From the NCBI GenBank assembly GCA_043228905.1, contig JBHGNT010000008.1, positions 17,112,001 to 17,176,000 on the forward strand: DNA of 64,000 nucleotides, read 5' to 3'. The notes below the pieces were generated by a model. The model was not told where the DNA came from. It saw nothing but the letters and a program-made list of their open reading frames with translations, and ran no database searches. Positions 62,301 to 64,000 of this stretch are shown here, piece by piece. The position numbers and the translations under genes are program-made. Position 1 is the first letter of the stretch. Each line of letters opens with the position of its first letter. Origin of the DNA: Azolla caroliniana (lineage: Eukaryota > Plantae > Polypodiophyta).

Positions 62301-63536
62301 AGGTTGGTTTAAATACCAACTACCCTAGAGCAACTGCCCTTTCTACTATGTACAAAACTAGCCTAGTGTGTCCACTGCTAGTGTGAAAGCCATTTCATTG
62401 GGGAAGTTGGGTTCGATTCTCAATAAATTTAGTTTATCTTGGATCGATATCACATCCGAAGGAATAGCGAATATAAACATTAATTGCTCACAAAGTGTGG
62501 GGGACATCGATATGGGAAAAATTGATCTAATAAAGAATAATGTGAATGTAAAATATAATCGTGAAGGCAATACATATAGATGAGGTTGACAAGGATCATC
62601 GTAGTTGGGATAATTTATGGGGGATTGCCAATACCTTGTTGTCTAATATTGTGGAAGAAAATGAAAATGTAGCAAAAGAATGCACTAATGAGGATGTGCA
62701 TGATGTGGAAGTTGATGCTAAGGAAGTGTCACAATCTTTTGATGTATTCTATGATGGCATACTTATATTATTTTTTACCGGGAAACTCCCATACATGAAT
62801 TGGAACAATGATTGAACACAATTATGTTGACATCGAATTGTGTTGAGAATATATATGCAAGACCACGAGGGTTTTATGATGTAATATTTTCTTACCCCGA
62901 ATATTGAAGTGCATTGTTGGATAAAGTTCTTGTGTTTTTTTATAAATAATTAGTGCATGTAATGCAATGGTCCCCTAAGTGGAGTACCATGCTTTGTTGG
63001 AGCAAGAATGCCCTGTTTGGGTAACAATGGATGGCAAGCATGTGTTTTTATGACCACTTTTACTAGAGTTTATGTGTCAAATGGGTAAAGTGTTGGTATC
63101 TCCACATGCAAATGCATCTAATAAATGGGTAAAGTGTGTTATGGGATACAAAGCATAAGAGGCCAGGATGAGCGCATATGAACACACCTGGTAAATTGAA
63201 ATGGGAGACATTTACAGGTCATTGTTCACCTTGATTGTAATCTAGGTGAACACACGTATTTATACAAGTTCCAAGATTGAATATCTCTATAATATACTTA
63301 AGAAATATCTTTAGAATATACCCGTTTAAAATATATTGTTGAGAATCAAACTCAACTTCCCTAGTGTGCAAACACACCTTAGTATACTCAAGTGTGTGAA
63401 CACCACACCTCCTAATATAGTAACTAGTGTGTCTTAAGCACCTTTCTCCTCCTCTTTGTTATGGTTGGTTCATTCTTGTTATTGTTAATACAGTTTTTCT
63501 TGTTTTTTTGTATATCTTTGTTTCTCTCTCTCTTTG

Positions 63537-63580
<44 letters not shown>

Positions 63581-64000
63581 TACCTTCTATTGCACATAAT
63601 CACTCTTGATTCTTTACATATACCATATAATATTTTTAGAATATACTAACGACTAGAATATCCTAGAATGGTCTTGGTAGAATGAGGGAAGGAGGGAGAT
63701 CTATTTTTTTGTTTAGAGTCATAGAAAGAAGAAAAGTTCTATGTAGTTGAGTTTTTAGTTGGAGTCTAAGAAGCTTCTATTGTCCCCTAATGCTATACTA
63801 TAACATTCCTTTCTCTTTCTTTTCTCCTCTTTATCTTTTCTCTATCTCTCTTCATCATCTGGCAACAACCACAAAATATTGCATTAATGCAAGGTCCTTT
63901 ACGTTTACAGACAAGAGAACAACCATGGATTGATTGATGTTTACGGGGTCAGGAGTCGTTTTTACAAGTGTACATTTGCAAAGGTCTTCATTTGGAGAGT

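Overview
Repeat-dense eukaryotic plant DNA; the TE lineages suggest a non-seed plant such as a fern, which is an inference. Most of the window is nested LTR retrotransposons: at least seven Ty1/copia copies or remnants, several solo LTRs and one full-length Ty3/gypsy with a tRNA-Trp PBS and a 4-bp TSD. Many boundaries can be fixed by TG..CA ends, PBS, PPT and TSDs. The only clearly intact host gene is an intronless germin-like protein (16560-17267, -). A partially spliced ATG8 pseudogene is joined to a LINE 3' fragment (19702-20630). The most notable region is about 43.9-52.5 kb, a decayed three-gene module. It has a Sola1-like DDD transposase (+), head-to-head with a six-exon gene (-) that splices into a ~968-aa ParB/Srx-like + beta-class N4/N6 DNA methyltransferase fusion, and a convergent multi-exon coiled-coil/RING-H2 gene. 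Intron 1 of the methyltransferase gene holds an array of 41-bp palindromes. This reads as a candidate large DNA transposon carrying its own prokaryote-type DNA amino-methyltransferase. This copy is inactivated by stops and truncated, and its termini were not found.
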